Source: Pseudomonadota bacterium
Lineage (GTDB): Bacteria > Pseudomonadota > Gammaproteobacteria > Pseudomonadales > Moraxellaceae
Direction of reading: 5' to 3'
Length of the DNA: 52,361 bases
Assembly (NCBI GenBank): GCA_021804485.1
Contig: JAJZHM010000001.1
Location: 1 to 52,361 of the forward strand
The notes beneath the pieces are model-generated. The model searched no databases and was not told the origin of the DNA. It worked only from the letters and a program-made list of their open reading frames with translations. Of this stretch, positions 38,042-49,526 are shown piece after piece. Positions within the stretch are counted from its first letter, which is position 1. The number at the start of each line of letters is the position of its first letter. Position numbers and translations under genes: made by a program.

Positions 38042-39484
38042 TCAGCCTTGATGAGGCAATCCTGACTTCTGCTCGGTCCAGTGTCCGCCCATGGCTTGGT
38101 ACAGGGCAGCGGAATCGGCAAGAAGAGTGGACTGGGCTGCCAGAACATTGGTCTGGATGGTTTTCAGGGCAGACTGTTCGGTAATGACCGAAGACAGGGG
38201 GACAGCGCCACTGCTATAACGGGTTTGCACCAGTCTCAGCCGGCCTTCCTGCTGTTGCAGGCTGTTGGTTCGAAATTGCAGGGTCTGTTGATCACGTTGC
38301 AGGGCTGTCAGAGCATCGGCAACCTGCTGGAAGGCTGTTACTACCGTCTGTCGGTAGGTCATCCCCGCAGCCTTCATGGCTTCAATCGCTGCTTTCTTTT
38401 TGTTTTTCAGGGCGCCACCATCAAAAAGCGGCTGGGTCAGGTTGCCACCCAGAGCCCAAACCATTGCTTTGCTGCGAAAGAGTTGCGACAGGGTGATGGC
38501 ATCAAACGCCGTCGAGGCGGTCAGGGTAAACTGGGGGAGCATATTGGCTTTGGCAACACCGACCTGAGCGGCAGCGGCATTCCACAGCGCTTCTGCTTCA
38601 CGAATGTCCGGGCGCTGCTGCAGTAACTGGGCGGGAAGGGAAACTGGCACAGGGGTTGGGAGATGCATCTGGGCAAGATCTCCTGGCTCAAGCGCAGAGT
38701 CCGGTGAACGTCCCAGCAAGGCATTCAACTGATGAGAGATCTGTTCCATTGATTTTTGGGTCTGGGGAATGACGGACTGTGCGTTGCTAACCGCTTCTTC
38801 CTGGCTCAGGAGGCTGTCCTCGGCAATGGCACCGGACTGATACTGGGTTTTGAGCAAAGAAAGCTGACGTTGCTGGTCAGAGACCAGTTGTTGTTGAAGT
38901 TCAAGCAATTTCTGGTCATAGCCCAGATTGATGGCAAGTGTCACAATATTGGCAGCCAGTGTTTGTTCAGCAGCCTCATACTGGAAGTTTTGGGCCTGCA
39001 GTTGGGCAAGAATCTCCTTGAGCGCTAGACGCGAGGAACCCCAGAGGTCAATCCCATAACTGACATTGACCCCGGTGTTGTAGAGATTAAAGGGTCCAAA
39101 AAGTATTCCTGGTCCAAAAAAAACTTTCTGCCGCTCGGCATTCGCGCCCAGATTTACGGTTGGAAAAAGCAATGAACCTCGTTCCGCCTGATAAAGATCA
39201 TACTGTTGTTGCAGTACATGAATCTGGCCTTTCAGGCTGGGATTGGCACGCAGGCCTTCAGCGACCAGATTATCAAGGGATGCGGAATGATAGTTCTGCC
39301 ACCAGTTCTGGGAGATTGAATGGGGCGTTATTCCCTTGGTTGCCGGAATCTGGTAATGCAGATCCTTAACCGATTGCTGGCTATGAGTCTCGGGGGCAGA
39401 GATGCAGCCCGAAAGAAACATTGCCGGCAAAGCATAGAGAAAAAGGGTTTTACATATGGAGCGGGTACCCTTATTCGCATTCAT
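38042..39484 (-). CDS. Outer membrane factor lipoprotein (NodT/OprM family)
   Basis: A lipobox (FLSGCI) and duplicated OEP-type coiled-coil repeats are present. Start set at ATG 39484 (MNANKG...). Confidence 0.88.
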   Translation of the reverse strand: MNANKGTRSICKTLFLYALPAMFLSGCISAPETHSQQSVKDLHYQIPATKGITPHSISQNWWQNYHSASLDNLVAEGLRANPSLKGQIHVLQQQYDLYQAERGSLLFPTVNLGANAERQKVFFGPGILFGPFNLYNTGVNVSYGIDLWGSSRLALKEILAQLQAQNFQYEAAEQTLAANIVTLAINLGYDQKLLELQQQLVSDQQRQLSLLKTQYQSGAIAEDSLLSQEEAVSNAQSVIPQTQKSMEQISHQLNALLGRSPDSALEPGDLAQMHLPTPVPVSLPAQLLQQRPDIREAEALWNAAAAQVGVAKANMLPQFTLTASTAFDAITLSQLFRSKAMVWALGGNLTQPLFDGGALKNKKKAAIEAMKAAGMTYRQTVVTAFQQVADALTALQRDQQTLQFRTNSLQQQEGRLRLVQTRYSSGAVPLSSVITEQSALKTIQTNVLAAQSTLLADSAALYQAMGGHWTEQKSGLPHQG

Positions 39485-39684
39485 AACATCTCCCATCCGG
39501 TCTGGAAAACAATAACTGTCAGGATAATCAATAAGTGAACTATATACAATCAAATCAGATCAGGCAATCCATATGTTCGGGATCCGATGTTTGTTTATTT
39601 TGAACATTGGGTTCCTAATTCTCGTCAAAGTATAGGCAGTTATGATAGGTGCCTCTTCTACAAAGGCAACAAGGAGCGATGGAT

Positions 39685-40761
39685 ATGTTCATGAAATCGA
39701 TTTGGGGTGCCTGTCTGCTCATAGCGGTTACTGTTGCCAGTTTTCCGGCTGCATCGGCGGATCTACAGAATCAGGACATAAAGATCACTATTCCAGGCCA
39801 CGAACTGAAGAGTTTTGATATTGGTGCTGCTCAAAATGGTCTTTATGTTCTTGCCGACCGCTCCAATGCAGCGGTTGACCTGATTGATCTGCGTGATTTC
39901 AGGGTGCTGGCCCAGATTGGAGGATTTGCTGGAGCTCTGCATGAGGGGCGGGGAGGACCCAATGGCGTTGTGTTTGTAGATGACCAGCATGTCTGGGCAG
40001 GAGATGGTTCCAGCCGGATTGCTGTACTTGATCTGAAACAACACCGAATCGTCGCTGAAGTTTCCACCGGTGGGGACAGGCGAGTTGATGAATTGGCCTA
40101 CGATGGCAAGGATCAGTGGGTGATTGCTGTCAATAATGCCGATCATCCGCCCTTTGTCTCGATTATAGATGCTCACTTTCCCTACCACATTCATGCGCGC
40201 GTAGCCTTCCCAGAAGCAACCGATGGACTGGAGCAACCCGTCTGGGACACCGAGAATGGACTGATTTATCTGGCTGTGCCCGAGATCAATCACCAACCGG
40301 AGCGGGGTGGTATTGCTGTGATTGATCCCTATTCAGGAACTCTGAAGCGCATGATTGAGGTTCATGCCTGTATGCCTGCAGGTCTTGCGCTCGGACCACA
40401 GGGACATGTTCTGGTTGGCTGCAGTGATGATGCCATCAAGGCAGGATTCAAGGCAGAAAGTCTGGAAATGAGTATGCCATCGGGTCGTATCCTGCGTCAT
40501 GAGCCCAATGTTGGTGGTTCTGATGAGATTACCTATGATCCTTATACTCATCATTACGTCCTTGCAGCTGTTGCACAGCCAGGGGGTTCAGTCGTGGGTG
40601 TGATTGATGCACTGTCTGGACGATGGGTTAGCAATAGACCCAGCGGATTGCATGCACATTCGGTGGCATCCTGGCATGGTTTGATGGAGGTCCCTGTTGC
40701 CGCCGGTGATCAACAATGTCCGAAAGGATGTATTCGTGTACTTCAGGATGAGAAACCCTGA
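39685..40761 (+). CDS. Secreted beta-propeller-like protein of unknown function
   Basis: A signal peptide (ACLLIAVTVASFPAASA) is followed by repeated hydrophobic-strand/Gly-Asp patterns that suggest YVTN/YncE-type propeller blades. AAGGAG lies upstream. Confidence 0.5.
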   Translation: MFMKSIWGACLLIAVTVASFPAASADLQNQDIKITIPGHELKSFDIGAAQNGLYVLADRSNAAVDLIDLRDFRVLAQIGGFAGALHEGRGGPNGVVFVDDQHVWAGDGSSRIAVLDLKQHRIVAEVSTGGDRRVDELAYDGKDQWVIAVNNADHPPFVSIIDAHFPYHIHARVAFPEATDGLEQPVWDTENGLIYLAVPEINHQPERGGIAVIDPYSGTLKRMIEVHACMPAGLALGPQGHVLVGCSDDAIKAGFKAESLEMSMPSGRILRHEPNVGGSDEITYDPYTHHYVLAAVAQPGGSVVGVIDALSGRWVSNRPSGLHAHSVASWHGLMEVPVAAGDQQCPKGCIRVLQDEKP

Positions 40762-40976
40762 TCAGCAGATGCAGGAAGCCGCCAGCCTGAACGAAATAGC
40801 AGATGGTCTCGTTAAACCACTGGCGCGCATTTTTGTCTTGGAGAAATCGGACCTTACTACTTTGCGTTAAAATCGCTTGAGTATCTCTGCAGAATGCTGG
40901 AATATAGCAGCAGCTAAATAGTACATTAATGAACGATTCGTGGATTCCAATAATTCCTTATTGAGGAGATTTGATC

Positions 40977-42023
40977 ATGCGTACTGCCAAAGCCTATGCA
41001 GCTGTTGATGCCACAAGTTCCCTTCGTCCTCATGTCATTGAGCGGCGTGATCTGGCGGCCGATGATGTTGATATCGATATTCTTTATTGCGGTGTTTGTC
41101 ATTCGGACCTGCATACTGCTCGAAATGAATGGAAAAATACCCTTTATCCCTGCGTGCCGGGACATGAGATTGTCGGTACAGTACGAGCGGTTGGTTCTGC
41201 AGTCAGCCGATTCAATGTTGGTGATCAGGTGGGTGTTGGGTGCATTGTAGATAGCTGCGGACATTGCTCATCGTGTGCCGATGGTGAAGAACAGTACTGC
41301 GAACATGGTTTTACCGGTACGTACAATGGTCCGGTCTTTGGTGGTGAGAATACCTATGGAGGTTATGCACAAAGTATTGTGGTCAAAGAATCCTTTGTGC
41401 TGGCCATCCGTCATGATCCCCGTGAACTGGCAGCAGTGGCACCTTTGCTTTGTGCGGGTATCACCACCTACTCACCTCTGAAGCGCTGGGCCAAGGCTGG
41501 TCAGAAGGTCGGTGTGGTTGGTCTTGGTGGTCTTGGCCATATGGCGGTCAAGTTGGCGAATGCCATGGGTATGGAAGTCGTTCTGTTTACGACCTCGGTT
41601 TCCAAAATCGAGGATGCCAAACGTCTCGGTGCACACCACGTCTGTATCTCTACCCGTCCTGAAGAGATGGCGCGCTTTAGCAATCAGCTTGATTTTATTC
41701 TCAACACCGTTGCGGCACCGCATGTACTTGACGGATATCTGAACCTGCTCAAGCGTGATGGTACCATGACCCTAGTCGGAGCCCCTTCAGAACCGCATCC
41801 CTCTCCGGCTGTTTTCAATCTCATCTTCAAACGGCGTCAGCTTGCCGGCTCCCTCATCGGCGGAGTTAGGGAAACCCAGGAAATGCTCGATTTCTGTGCT
41901 GAGCATGGTATTACTTCCGATATCGAGCAGATTGCGGTAGATCAGATTAACGTTGCCTATGAGCGGATGCTGAAAAGCGACGTCAAGTACCGTTTTGTGC
42001 TGGATATGGCCACGTTGGCCTGA
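40977..42023 (+). CDS. Zinc-dependent NAD(P) alcohol dehydrogenase (YahK/cinnamyl-ADH type)
   Basis: [15 protein letters not shown] and the structural-zinc motif [15 protein letters not shown] are present. GAGGAG lies 8 nt upstream. Confidence 0.9.
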   Translation: MRTAKAYAAVDATSSLRPHVIERRDLAADDVDIDILYCGVCHSDLHTARNEWKNTLYPCVPGHEIVGTVRAVGSAVSRFNVGDQVGVGCIVDSCGHCSSCADGEEQYCEHGFTGTYNGPVFGGENTYGGYAQSIVVKESFVLAIRHDPRELAAVAPLLCAGITTYSPLKRWAKAGQKVGVVGLGGLGHMAVKLANAMGMEVVLFTTSVSKIEDAKRLGAHHVCISTRPEEMARFSNQLDFILNTVAAPHVLDGYLNLLKRDGTMTLVGAPSEPHPSPAVFNLIFKRRQLAGSLIGGVRETQEMLDFCAEHGITSDIEQIAVDQINVAYERMLKSDVKYRFVLDMATLA

Positions 42024-42042
42024 TTCATTGGAGCAAACGGTA

Positions 42043-43029
<987 letters not shown>

Positions 43030-43065
43030 TGATAAACCGATGAGGGGAAGTCAAAAGGTGATGTT

Positions 43066-44271
43066 ATGAGTCAAGCTTCTGTAGCTGGGGTGACGCCCCA
43101 AGGTAGGTCGGCTTATTTTCCGGTACTGGGTTCGATCAGCTTGGCCCATGCCCTGAATGACACCATGCAGTCCTTGCTGCTTGCAAGTTACCCATTATTC
43201 AAATCCGGCTTTAATCTTGACTTTGCCCAGATCGGTCTGATTACTCTGGCCTACCAGTGTACAGCCTCTCTGCTTCAACCATTGATTGGAACCTATACCG
43301 ATCGTCATCCTCAGCCTTTCTCCTTGGTTGCTGGTATGGCCTTTACCTTGTCAGGTCTGCTGTTGCTCGCTCATGCTCATTCGTTCTATGTTCTCCTGCT
43401 TGCAGCGGCACTTGTGGGCAGTGGCTCGTCAATTTTTCATCCGGAGGCGTCGAGGGTAGCACGTCTGGCTTCCGGTGGGCAGCATGGTCTGGCTCAATCC
43501 ATTTTTCAGGTAGGGGGAAATGCTGGTTCGGCCATTGGCCCTTTGCTGGCAGCCTGGTTTGTTCTGCCGCGAGGACAGTCCAGTCTGGCTGTATTCTCGC
43601 TTATGGCACTGGGTGGGATGGTACTTTTAAGTGGTGTTGGAGTCTGGTATCAGCGTCAGCACCGTCGACCTTCGTCTCATTCTCAAGCAACAGCTCTGGC
43701 ACTTCCTGTTCCGCAGGTGGTGCGGACCATGAGCATCCTGGTTGCACTGATGTTTTCCAAGTTCATTTACATGGCCAGCATCAGCAGTTACTTGATCTTT
43801 TATTTGATGCATCATTACGGCATTGATGCCCGTCATGCTCAGTATCATTTGTTCTATTTTCTGTTCGCAGTGGCTGCCGGCACCCTGCTTGGTGGGCCAA
43901 TGGGCGACCGAATCGGTCGAAAGCCGGTGATCTGGATTTCGATTCTAGGAATTGCCCCGTTTACTCTGGCCTTGCCCTACGTCAGTCTGGGTGTATCGGT
44001 TGGTCTGATGGTACTGATCGGTTTTTTACTGGCCTCAGCTTTTCCTGCCATGGTGGTGTATGCCCAAGAGCTTATGCCCGGTCGAACTGGAATGGTGTCA
44101 GGACTGTTCTTCGGTCTGGCATTTGGCCTCGGTGGTCTTGGTGCCGCTATGCTGGGTTCTTGGGCTGACCGGTATGGAATCGATGCGGTGTACCAATTCT
44201 GTTCCTTTTTGCCGCTTCTTGGTATTCTGGCTGTTTTTCTGCCGCATCTGAAGCGTGTTACCCCTCATTAA
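43066..44271 (+). CDS. MFS transporter (Fsr-like)
   Basis: A hydrophobic protein with 12 TM helices and a typical MFS loop motif (GTYTDRHPQPF). Confidence 0.8.
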   Translation: MSQASVAGVTPQGRSAYFPVLGSISLAHALNDTMQSLLLASYPLFKSGFNLDFAQIGLITLAYQCTASLLQPLIGTYTDRHPQPFSLVAGMAFTLSGLLLLAHAHSFYVLLLAAALVGSGSSIFHPEASRVARLASGGQHGLAQSIFQVGGNAGSAIGPLLAAWFVLPRGQSSLAVFSLMALGGMVLLSGVGVWYQRQHRRPSSHSQATALALPVPQVVRTMSILVALMFSKFIYMASISSYLIFYLMHHYGIDARHAQYHLFYFLFAVAAGTLLGGPMGDRIGRKPVIWISILGIAPFTLALPYVSLGVSVGLMVLIGFLLASAFPAMVVYAQELMPGRTGMVSGLFFGLAFGLGGLGAAMLGSWADRYGIDAVYQFCSFLPLLGILAVFLPHLKRVTPH

Positions 44272-44443
44272 AAACCCGGTACGGTTAGTTAGAGCGACAT
44301 TGTTTTCAGATTCTGAAAAGGACAGATAAGTCATCCAATCGCTCCTGCCCGCTCGTGTTTTAACAGGTCAAGCTAGACGAGCTGAATATCTACTTAGCCA
44401 ATAGGTTAGGAAGGACTTGTGGGCTTTTTGACGTAGCTCAGCC

Positions 44444-45469
44444 TCATAAATGAAGTGCATGGGGGGCCATCTTCATAAAGAGCTGATCCGGAATCAGGAT
44501 CCCGGACCCTGCGGTGCGGCCGGATTCCAGCACCTGATGAGCCTGAGCTGCTGCACTGAGCGGGTATCGGTGTTCAATGTGTACCTTGATGGCTTCGCGC
44601 TCGAGCAGGTCAAACCAGAGCGCAGCCAGCGTGTCGCGCTCTTCAGGATTGGCAATATAATCGGCCAGCGTTGGCCGGGTAATGTAGAGCGATCCCTTTT
44701 GGGCGAGCTGAATAAGATCAAACGGTGGTATGGGACCTGATGAAGCACCGTAACAGACTAAAAGCCCACGCCGTCGCACGCTGTTCAGGGAGATCTGAAA
44801 GGTTTTCTGGCCCACGCTGTCGAAAACGACCTCTGCTCCTTGTCCATTGGTCAAAAGTCGAATTTGTTCAGCAAGATCCATACTGGAGGAACGCAGTACA
44901 TGATCACAGCCATGATCTTGGGCCAGCACTGCCTTGCGATCATCAGAGACTACACCAATAACTTCAAGTCCCAGTATTTTTGCCCATTGAACCAGAATCA
45001 GGCCAACACCACCTGCGGCCGAATAAATCACCACGGTATCGCCGGATTTGAGCGGCCACATGCGATGCAGCAGATAGGCTGCTGTTAATCCCCGCAGAGT
45101 TGATGCTGCAGCGGTCTCATAGCTGACTCGATCCGGAATCTTCAGAAGGACATCCTGAGCAATAATGCGCGCACTGCAGTAAGCGCCCAGAGTACTGCTG
45201 CCGCCAGCGTAGCAGACCCGATCCCCGGGACGAAAACGGCTTACGTCCGGGCCAGTGGCTAGTACCGTTCCGGCAGCTTCATTGCCAAGGCCACTCGGTA
45301 GTTTTGCCGCATAAATGCCTTTGCGGTAATAGGTGTCAATGAAATTAAGACCAATGGCATGCTGTTGAATTAGAACCTGACCTTTTCCCGGTTCTTCAGG
45401 TTCTGCGATCTGCTCCTCGAAAAGAACCTCGGGTCCACCTGTCTGAGCAAAACGAATCGTCTGAATCAT
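44444..45469 (-). CDS. qor: NADPH:quinone oxidoreductase (MDR superfamily)
   Basis: MIQTIRFAQTGGPEVL and the Rossmann motif AAGGVG are present, with Qor-like length. Confidence 0.8.
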   Translation of the reverse strand: MIQTIRFAQTGGPEVLFEEQIAEPEEPGKGQVLIQQHAIGLNFIDTYYRKGIYAAKLPSGLGNEAAGTVLATGPDVSRFRPGDRVCYAGGSSTLGAYCSARIIAQDVLLKIPDRVSYETAAASTLRGLTAAYLLHRMWPLKSGDTVVIYSAAGGVGLILVQWAKILGLEVIGVVSDDRKAVLAQDHGCDHVLRSSSMDLAEQIRLLTNGQGAEVVFDSVGQKTFQISLNSVRRRGLLVCYGASSGPIPPFDLIQLAQKGSLYITRPTLADYIANPEERDTLAALWFDLLEREAIKVHIEHRYPLSAAAQAHQVLESGRTAGSGILIPDQLFMKMAPHALHL

Positions 45470-45534
45470 GATCGAAACAACCCTCAATGCCATAAACATC
45501 AAGATAGTCTAGCAGGTGCGGACATTCCTGGATG

Positions 45535-46572
45535 TCAGGACGGTGTCTCTGAAAGGCTTAGTGCGGCCGCCATGACGACCCGGTTGCGTCCGGATTTTTT
45601 GGCAGCGTACAGAGCCTGATCGGCACGATCATACAGGGAACTGAAACTCTCTCCACCTTGTTCGGAGACTGCAATGCCGGCAGAAAGAGTTACTACGCCG
45701 AGCGGGTGATCTGGATGGGTGAGGGCAAGTTCCAGAACACAGGATCTCAGATGATCAGCCAGTTTGATCATATTGCCAGGCTGCGCGGGAGCGACCAGAA
45801 TCGCAAATTCCTCGCCACCGAGGCGAAAGACCAGATCCGAGGAGCGACGCAGGTGCGAAGCAAGGCATTTACTGACTGCGATCAAGGCGGTATCACCTGC
45901 CTGATGACCGAGCGAATCGTTCAGTTTTTTGAAAAAATCCAGATCGTATAGAATCAGTCCCACACCATAATGCTCACGCTGCGCCCGGCGCAGTTCGTAC
46001 TCCATAACCTGGTTAAAATGACGTCGGTTGTATAGACCGGTAAGTCCGTCGCGTGTGCTTAGTTCCTTGAGCTGCTGGTTGGCCCGGGAAAGCTCTTCAC
46101 TCAGCAGACGTTCCTGAATCAGCATGGCTGCAAGAACATCACCGGTTAGTCCCGTTCCGTAAAATCGTTCTTCTACAGTAATGACAAAGCCTGCCGACAG
46201 TCTGGATCTGTTCCAGGAACGCAGCAAACGGTCTGCCAACTGACTGATTGGAGTCTGAGCATCGACACATACCGGATGATCGTCCATGAAGCGTCGACAA
46301 CTTTTTTTGCCAAACAGCTCCCTTGCGAAGGGTTGCGCCATCAGTTCCATGAAGTAGTCACGGTGAATCATGCCCACAACATGTTCTTCGTGGGTTACAG
46401 CGATGTGGGTGGGATGTTCAGGGCTGGTGAAAAGATTGAAGACATCGGCATTGGTCATACTGATATCAACCGCCATCGATTCCCGGTTCAGGTCGAGTGC
46501 TTTAAGAAGGGCTGGCGCACCTGTTCGGTTTTCGACCACAGGTTCTTCCTGGCAATTCAGGGCAGGCTGCAA
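45535..46572 (-). CDS. Diguanylate cyclase with an N-terminal CBS-like sensor region
   Basis: A GGEEF active site is present, with an RxxD I-site (RSSD) five residues upstream. The DGLTGLYNRRHF motif is present. Start is uncertain. Confidence 0.85.
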   Translation of the reverse strand: MQPALNCQEEPVVENRTGAPALLKALDLNRESMAVDISMTNADVFNLFTSPEHPTHIAVTHEEHVVGMIHRDYFMELMAQPFARELFGKKSCRRFMDDHPVCVDAQTPISQLADRLLRSWNRSRLSAGFVITVEERFYGTGLTGDVLAAMLIQERLLSEELSRANQQLKELSTRDGLTGLYNRRHFNQVMEYELRRAQREHYGVGLILYDLDFFKKLNDSLGHQAGDTALIAVSKCLASHLRRSSDLVFRLGGEEFAILVAPAQPGNMIKLADHLRSCVLELALTHPDHPLGVVTLSAGIAVSEQGGESFSSLYDRADQALYAAKKSGRNRVVMAAALSLSETPS

Positions 46573-46769
46573 AGGTTCATTCCCAATTCATAGTCCCAAA
46601 TTTGAAATACCAGAATCATGTTTCATTTTTATGTCTACCTGAAAATTTATAGTTCTTGAACTTCTGCAATTGGATCGACAAAATGATTTACGCGAGATCC
46701 ATATCATTTATAGGCACGAGGGTGCTTCAGAAGTACCCACTGTCCGACTGATTTGAGCAGGAGCGCTTC

Positions 46770-47240
46770 GTGTCTATGGTTTCTTACAAGATTCTCTTTC
46801 TATGCACCGCTAATTCAGCGCGCAGTATCATGGCTGAAGCCCTTTTAAACAAACTGGGTGGTTCCCGTTTCAAGGCATTCAGTGCAGGCAGTGAACCACG
46901 TGGTGAACTGCATCCTCGGGCCGTTCACCTCTTGCAGCAAAATCATTGTTCTCTGGATGGTCTTCGCAGCAAGAATTGGGCGGAGTTTCTTGGGGCTGAA
47001 GCTCAGGTCATGGATCTTGTCATCATTGTCTGTGACACATTGGCAAACCAGACATGTCCTGTCTGGCCGGGCCATCCGCGGATTCTACGCTGGGGTTTTC
47101 CTGACCCGGTGCTTCAGGCTGGAAGCGAACAAGATGTTGCTAAGGCATTTCTTGACGTGTTTCAGCAGATTCGTCAGCGGGTTGAACTGTTGGTCAGTCT
47201 GCCTCAGATCGAGCTTGAGCATCTTGGCAAACAAATATAG
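46770..47240 (+). CDS. arsC: Low-molecular-weight phosphatase-family protein (ArsC-like arsenate reductase)
   Basis: The CX5R loop is LFLCTANSARS, and there is a downstream Cys pair (VCDTLANQTC). GTG 46770 lies 6 nt after CAGGAG. Confidence 0.7.
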   Translation: MSMVSYKILFLCTANSARSIMAEALLNKLGGSRFKAFSAGSEPRGELHPRAVHLLQQNHCSLDGLRSKNWAEFLGAEAQVMDLVIIVCDTLANQTCPVWPGHPRILRWGFPDPVLQAGSEQDVAKAFLDVFQQIRQRVELLVSLPQIELEHLGKQI

Positions 47241-47318
47241 ACAAATTCAGTTCCCGGCATCGCGCAGGTCTGTATTAAGGTGATTTTTGACCCATATTGA
47301 CTTACTTTTCATCGAATA

Positions 47319-48497
47319 TCAGATCAAATCCGACAGTGGATTTGGATCTGTACCCCACTGTTTTGGCCATGAAAAGTAAGCAGAGACATCAATGCCCAGC
47401 CAGTTTTCATGTTGCCAGTGGGGCTGGCGATCCTTGTCAATCAGCAAAGCTCGTACTCCCTCAGCTAGATCGCCAAACTGGCAGCAGTTGATCGCCATCA
47501 GTCGCTCCATGCGGAAGCATTGTGCGAGGGAAAGGTGTTTGCTGCATGCCAGTTGGGCAACGACAAGGGCCGCTGTTAGGGGACACCCCTTTTCAAGCTG
47601 GTGAGCACCTTGTTGCAGCCAGGAATCAGAGTGATCGCGCAGGGTCAGGATTCGGGCGACAATCTCCTCAACCGAAAAGCCACGACCCAGTGAACGCAGC
47701 AGGGGCGCATGTGCCGCAAGTCGGGACGGTTCTTCTGACTGAGCGTCGTTGTGTCGATCGTGCAGGGATTGGAAAATATAGGCCAGCATGCGGCAATTAT
47801 ATGGGGCGTCGTGACTGAACTCGGAGGCCCGAAGTGACTCTAGGGTATCCTCAAGTTGTTCGTCACCCAAAAGATAATCTGCCCAGCCACACCAGAGCGC
47901 ATCAGTGGCATTCAGATTGAGACCGGTCAAGGCAAGCACATGACCAAGCCCTGAAGGCAGACGGTTCAGAAACCAGCTAGCACCCACATCGGGAAAAAGG
48001 CCGATACTTATTTCTGGCATGGCCATACGTGTTGAAGGAGTCACAATCCTGAATGTGGCGCCATTCATTAAACCCATGCCACCACCCATGACCACGCCGT
48101 GCCCCCAGACAATCAGGGGCTTCCGGTAGGTATGGATGTGGAAGTCGAGCCGGTATTCCTGACTGAAGAATTGCTCGACCTGGGGATTGCGTGCCCCTTT
48201 GCCACACTGCTGGATGCTGTCGTACATGCTACGGATATCTCCGCCAGCACAGAATGCCCTGTTTCCTTTACCCATAAGGAACACAAAAGCGATCTCAGGA
48301 TCCTGTTCATAATGGCAAAGGGCGCTCTCTATGGATTCCACCATCAATGTTGTCAGCGCATTCAGGGATTTTTCGGCGTTTAATCGAATCAAACCAAAAT
48401 ACATGCCGCCGGCAGTTGCATGCTGTTCACAGATGACTTCGGCACAAGATATTTGTGCAGCTTGAAGATGCATATCAGGTTCCTTCGAGGTGTGCAT
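47319..48497 (-). CDS. Enoyl-CoA hydratase/isomerase family protein (3-hydroxyisobutyryl-CoA hydrolase-like)
   Basis: Crotonase-fold motifs (FCAGGDI, GHGVVMGGGMGL) are present. The extended C-terminal domain is typical of HIBYL-CoA hydrolases. Confidence 0.8.
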   Translation of the reverse strand: MHTSKEPDMHLQAAQISCAEVICEQHATAGGMYFGLIRLNAEKSLNALTTLMVESIESALCHYEQDPEIAFVFLMGKGNRAFCAGGDIRSMYDSIQQCGKGARNPQVEQFFSQEYRLDFHIHTYRKPLIVWGHGVVMGGGMGLMNGATFRIVTPSTRMAMPEISIGLFPDVGASWFLNRLPSGLGHVLALTGLNLNATDALWCGWADYLLGDEQLEDTLESLRASEFSHDAPYNCRMLAYIFQSLHDRHNDAQSEEPSRLAAHAPLLRSLGRGFSVEEIVARILTLRDHSDSWLQQGAHQLEKGCPLTAALVVAQLACSKHLSLAQCFRMERLMAINCCQFGDLAEGVRALLIDKDRQPHWQHENWLGIDVSAYFSWPKQWGTDPNPLSDLI

Positions 48498-48661
48498 GCG
48501 CCAACTCTAGCGGAAAAGTGTGCGAAATTAAACACAGTGATCGTTTACTTAAAAGAAAGCAACAGGTTCAGGATTGACATCCTCTCTGTTCTAAGTCTGC
48601 GACTGCCGCCTGCGTGGAACCCCTTAAAGATGATTGCAGAATAGCTCAGGCAACCAGAAGC

Positions 48662-49282
48662 TCATGACCTATTGCCACAGGACAAATGCACTTGAGGAAC
48701 TTCCCTGATTCCCGGATTACGAAGCTCAAGTTGCGGAACATCCCGCAATCCACCCAAGCGGGCCACCAGAAGTCCGGGAAATCCCTGCAGAGCCGTGTTG
48801 TAAAGGGCCACCAGGTCGTTATAGGCTTGTCGTGCAAAGCCAATACGGTTTTCGGTCGACTGCAACGCATCCATCAGTTGTCTTACCGTTTCAATAGCTT
48901 CCAGCGCAGGGTAGTACTCAACGGTAGCCATGATACGGCGAAGCCCCATGCTTTCGTGCTGAACACAGTCATTCCAGACGGCTAATGCCTGAGTATTGGT
49001 CGGGTCCTTCTGAATTTGCAGACCGGCATCAGCTCCTTGGCTACGGGCAGTCGTGATGGATTTCAGAGTCTCTCGCTCATGATCCATATATCCCTGACAG
49101 CTTTCCACGAGATTAGGGATCAGATCATGTCGACGCTGCAATTGGATATCAATCTGGGCAAAGGCATTGCTGAGTTTGTTTTTAAGTCCAATCAGACGGT
49201 TATACTGGTTAAGGGTCGCAAAGGCCAGAAACAGCACAAGCAGGAACCAGAACATGTTGATGATCCTCACCATCGTTTCCAT
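48662..49282 (-). CDS. lemA: LemA family protein
   Basis: An N-terminal TM helix and the motif YNRLIGLKNKLSNAFAQIDIQLQRRHDLIPNLVE are present. Confidence 0.88.
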   Translation of the reverse strand: METMVRIINMFWFLLVLFLAFATLNQYNRLIGLKNKLSNAFAQIDIQLQRRHDLIPNLVESCQGYMDHERETLKSITTARSQGADAGLQIQKDPTNTQALAVWNDCVQHESMGLRRIMATVEYYPALEAIETVRQLMDALQSTENRIGFARQAYNDLVALYNTALQGFPGLLVARLGGLRDVPQLELRNPGIREVPQVHLSCGNRS

Positions 49283-49526
49283 CAGTATAGCTGTCTGGCA
49301 ACCTGAAGGATAAGGGAATTATATTCTGTGTTAGCTAAAACGAGTAATGCACAGTTTTTCCCGCATAATCAAGTGGAAAAGTCCGTTGGCTGACGAGGGA
49401 ATAGTCTTCCTTCTGTTAATAGTGTGGAATTCACCGAATCTCTTGAGATGCATTATCCTGTGGCAGAGCTTAACTATTTCAATTACCATAACGATGCAAT
49501 ACTTAAGATGATCACAGGAACCCGCT

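Noticed and set aside
43257-43826. 189-aa alternative-frame ORF inside the MFS transporter gene
   Set aside because: It has same-strand overlap with a 12-TM MFS protein, and its Cys/Ser/Trp-rich composition is not protein-like.
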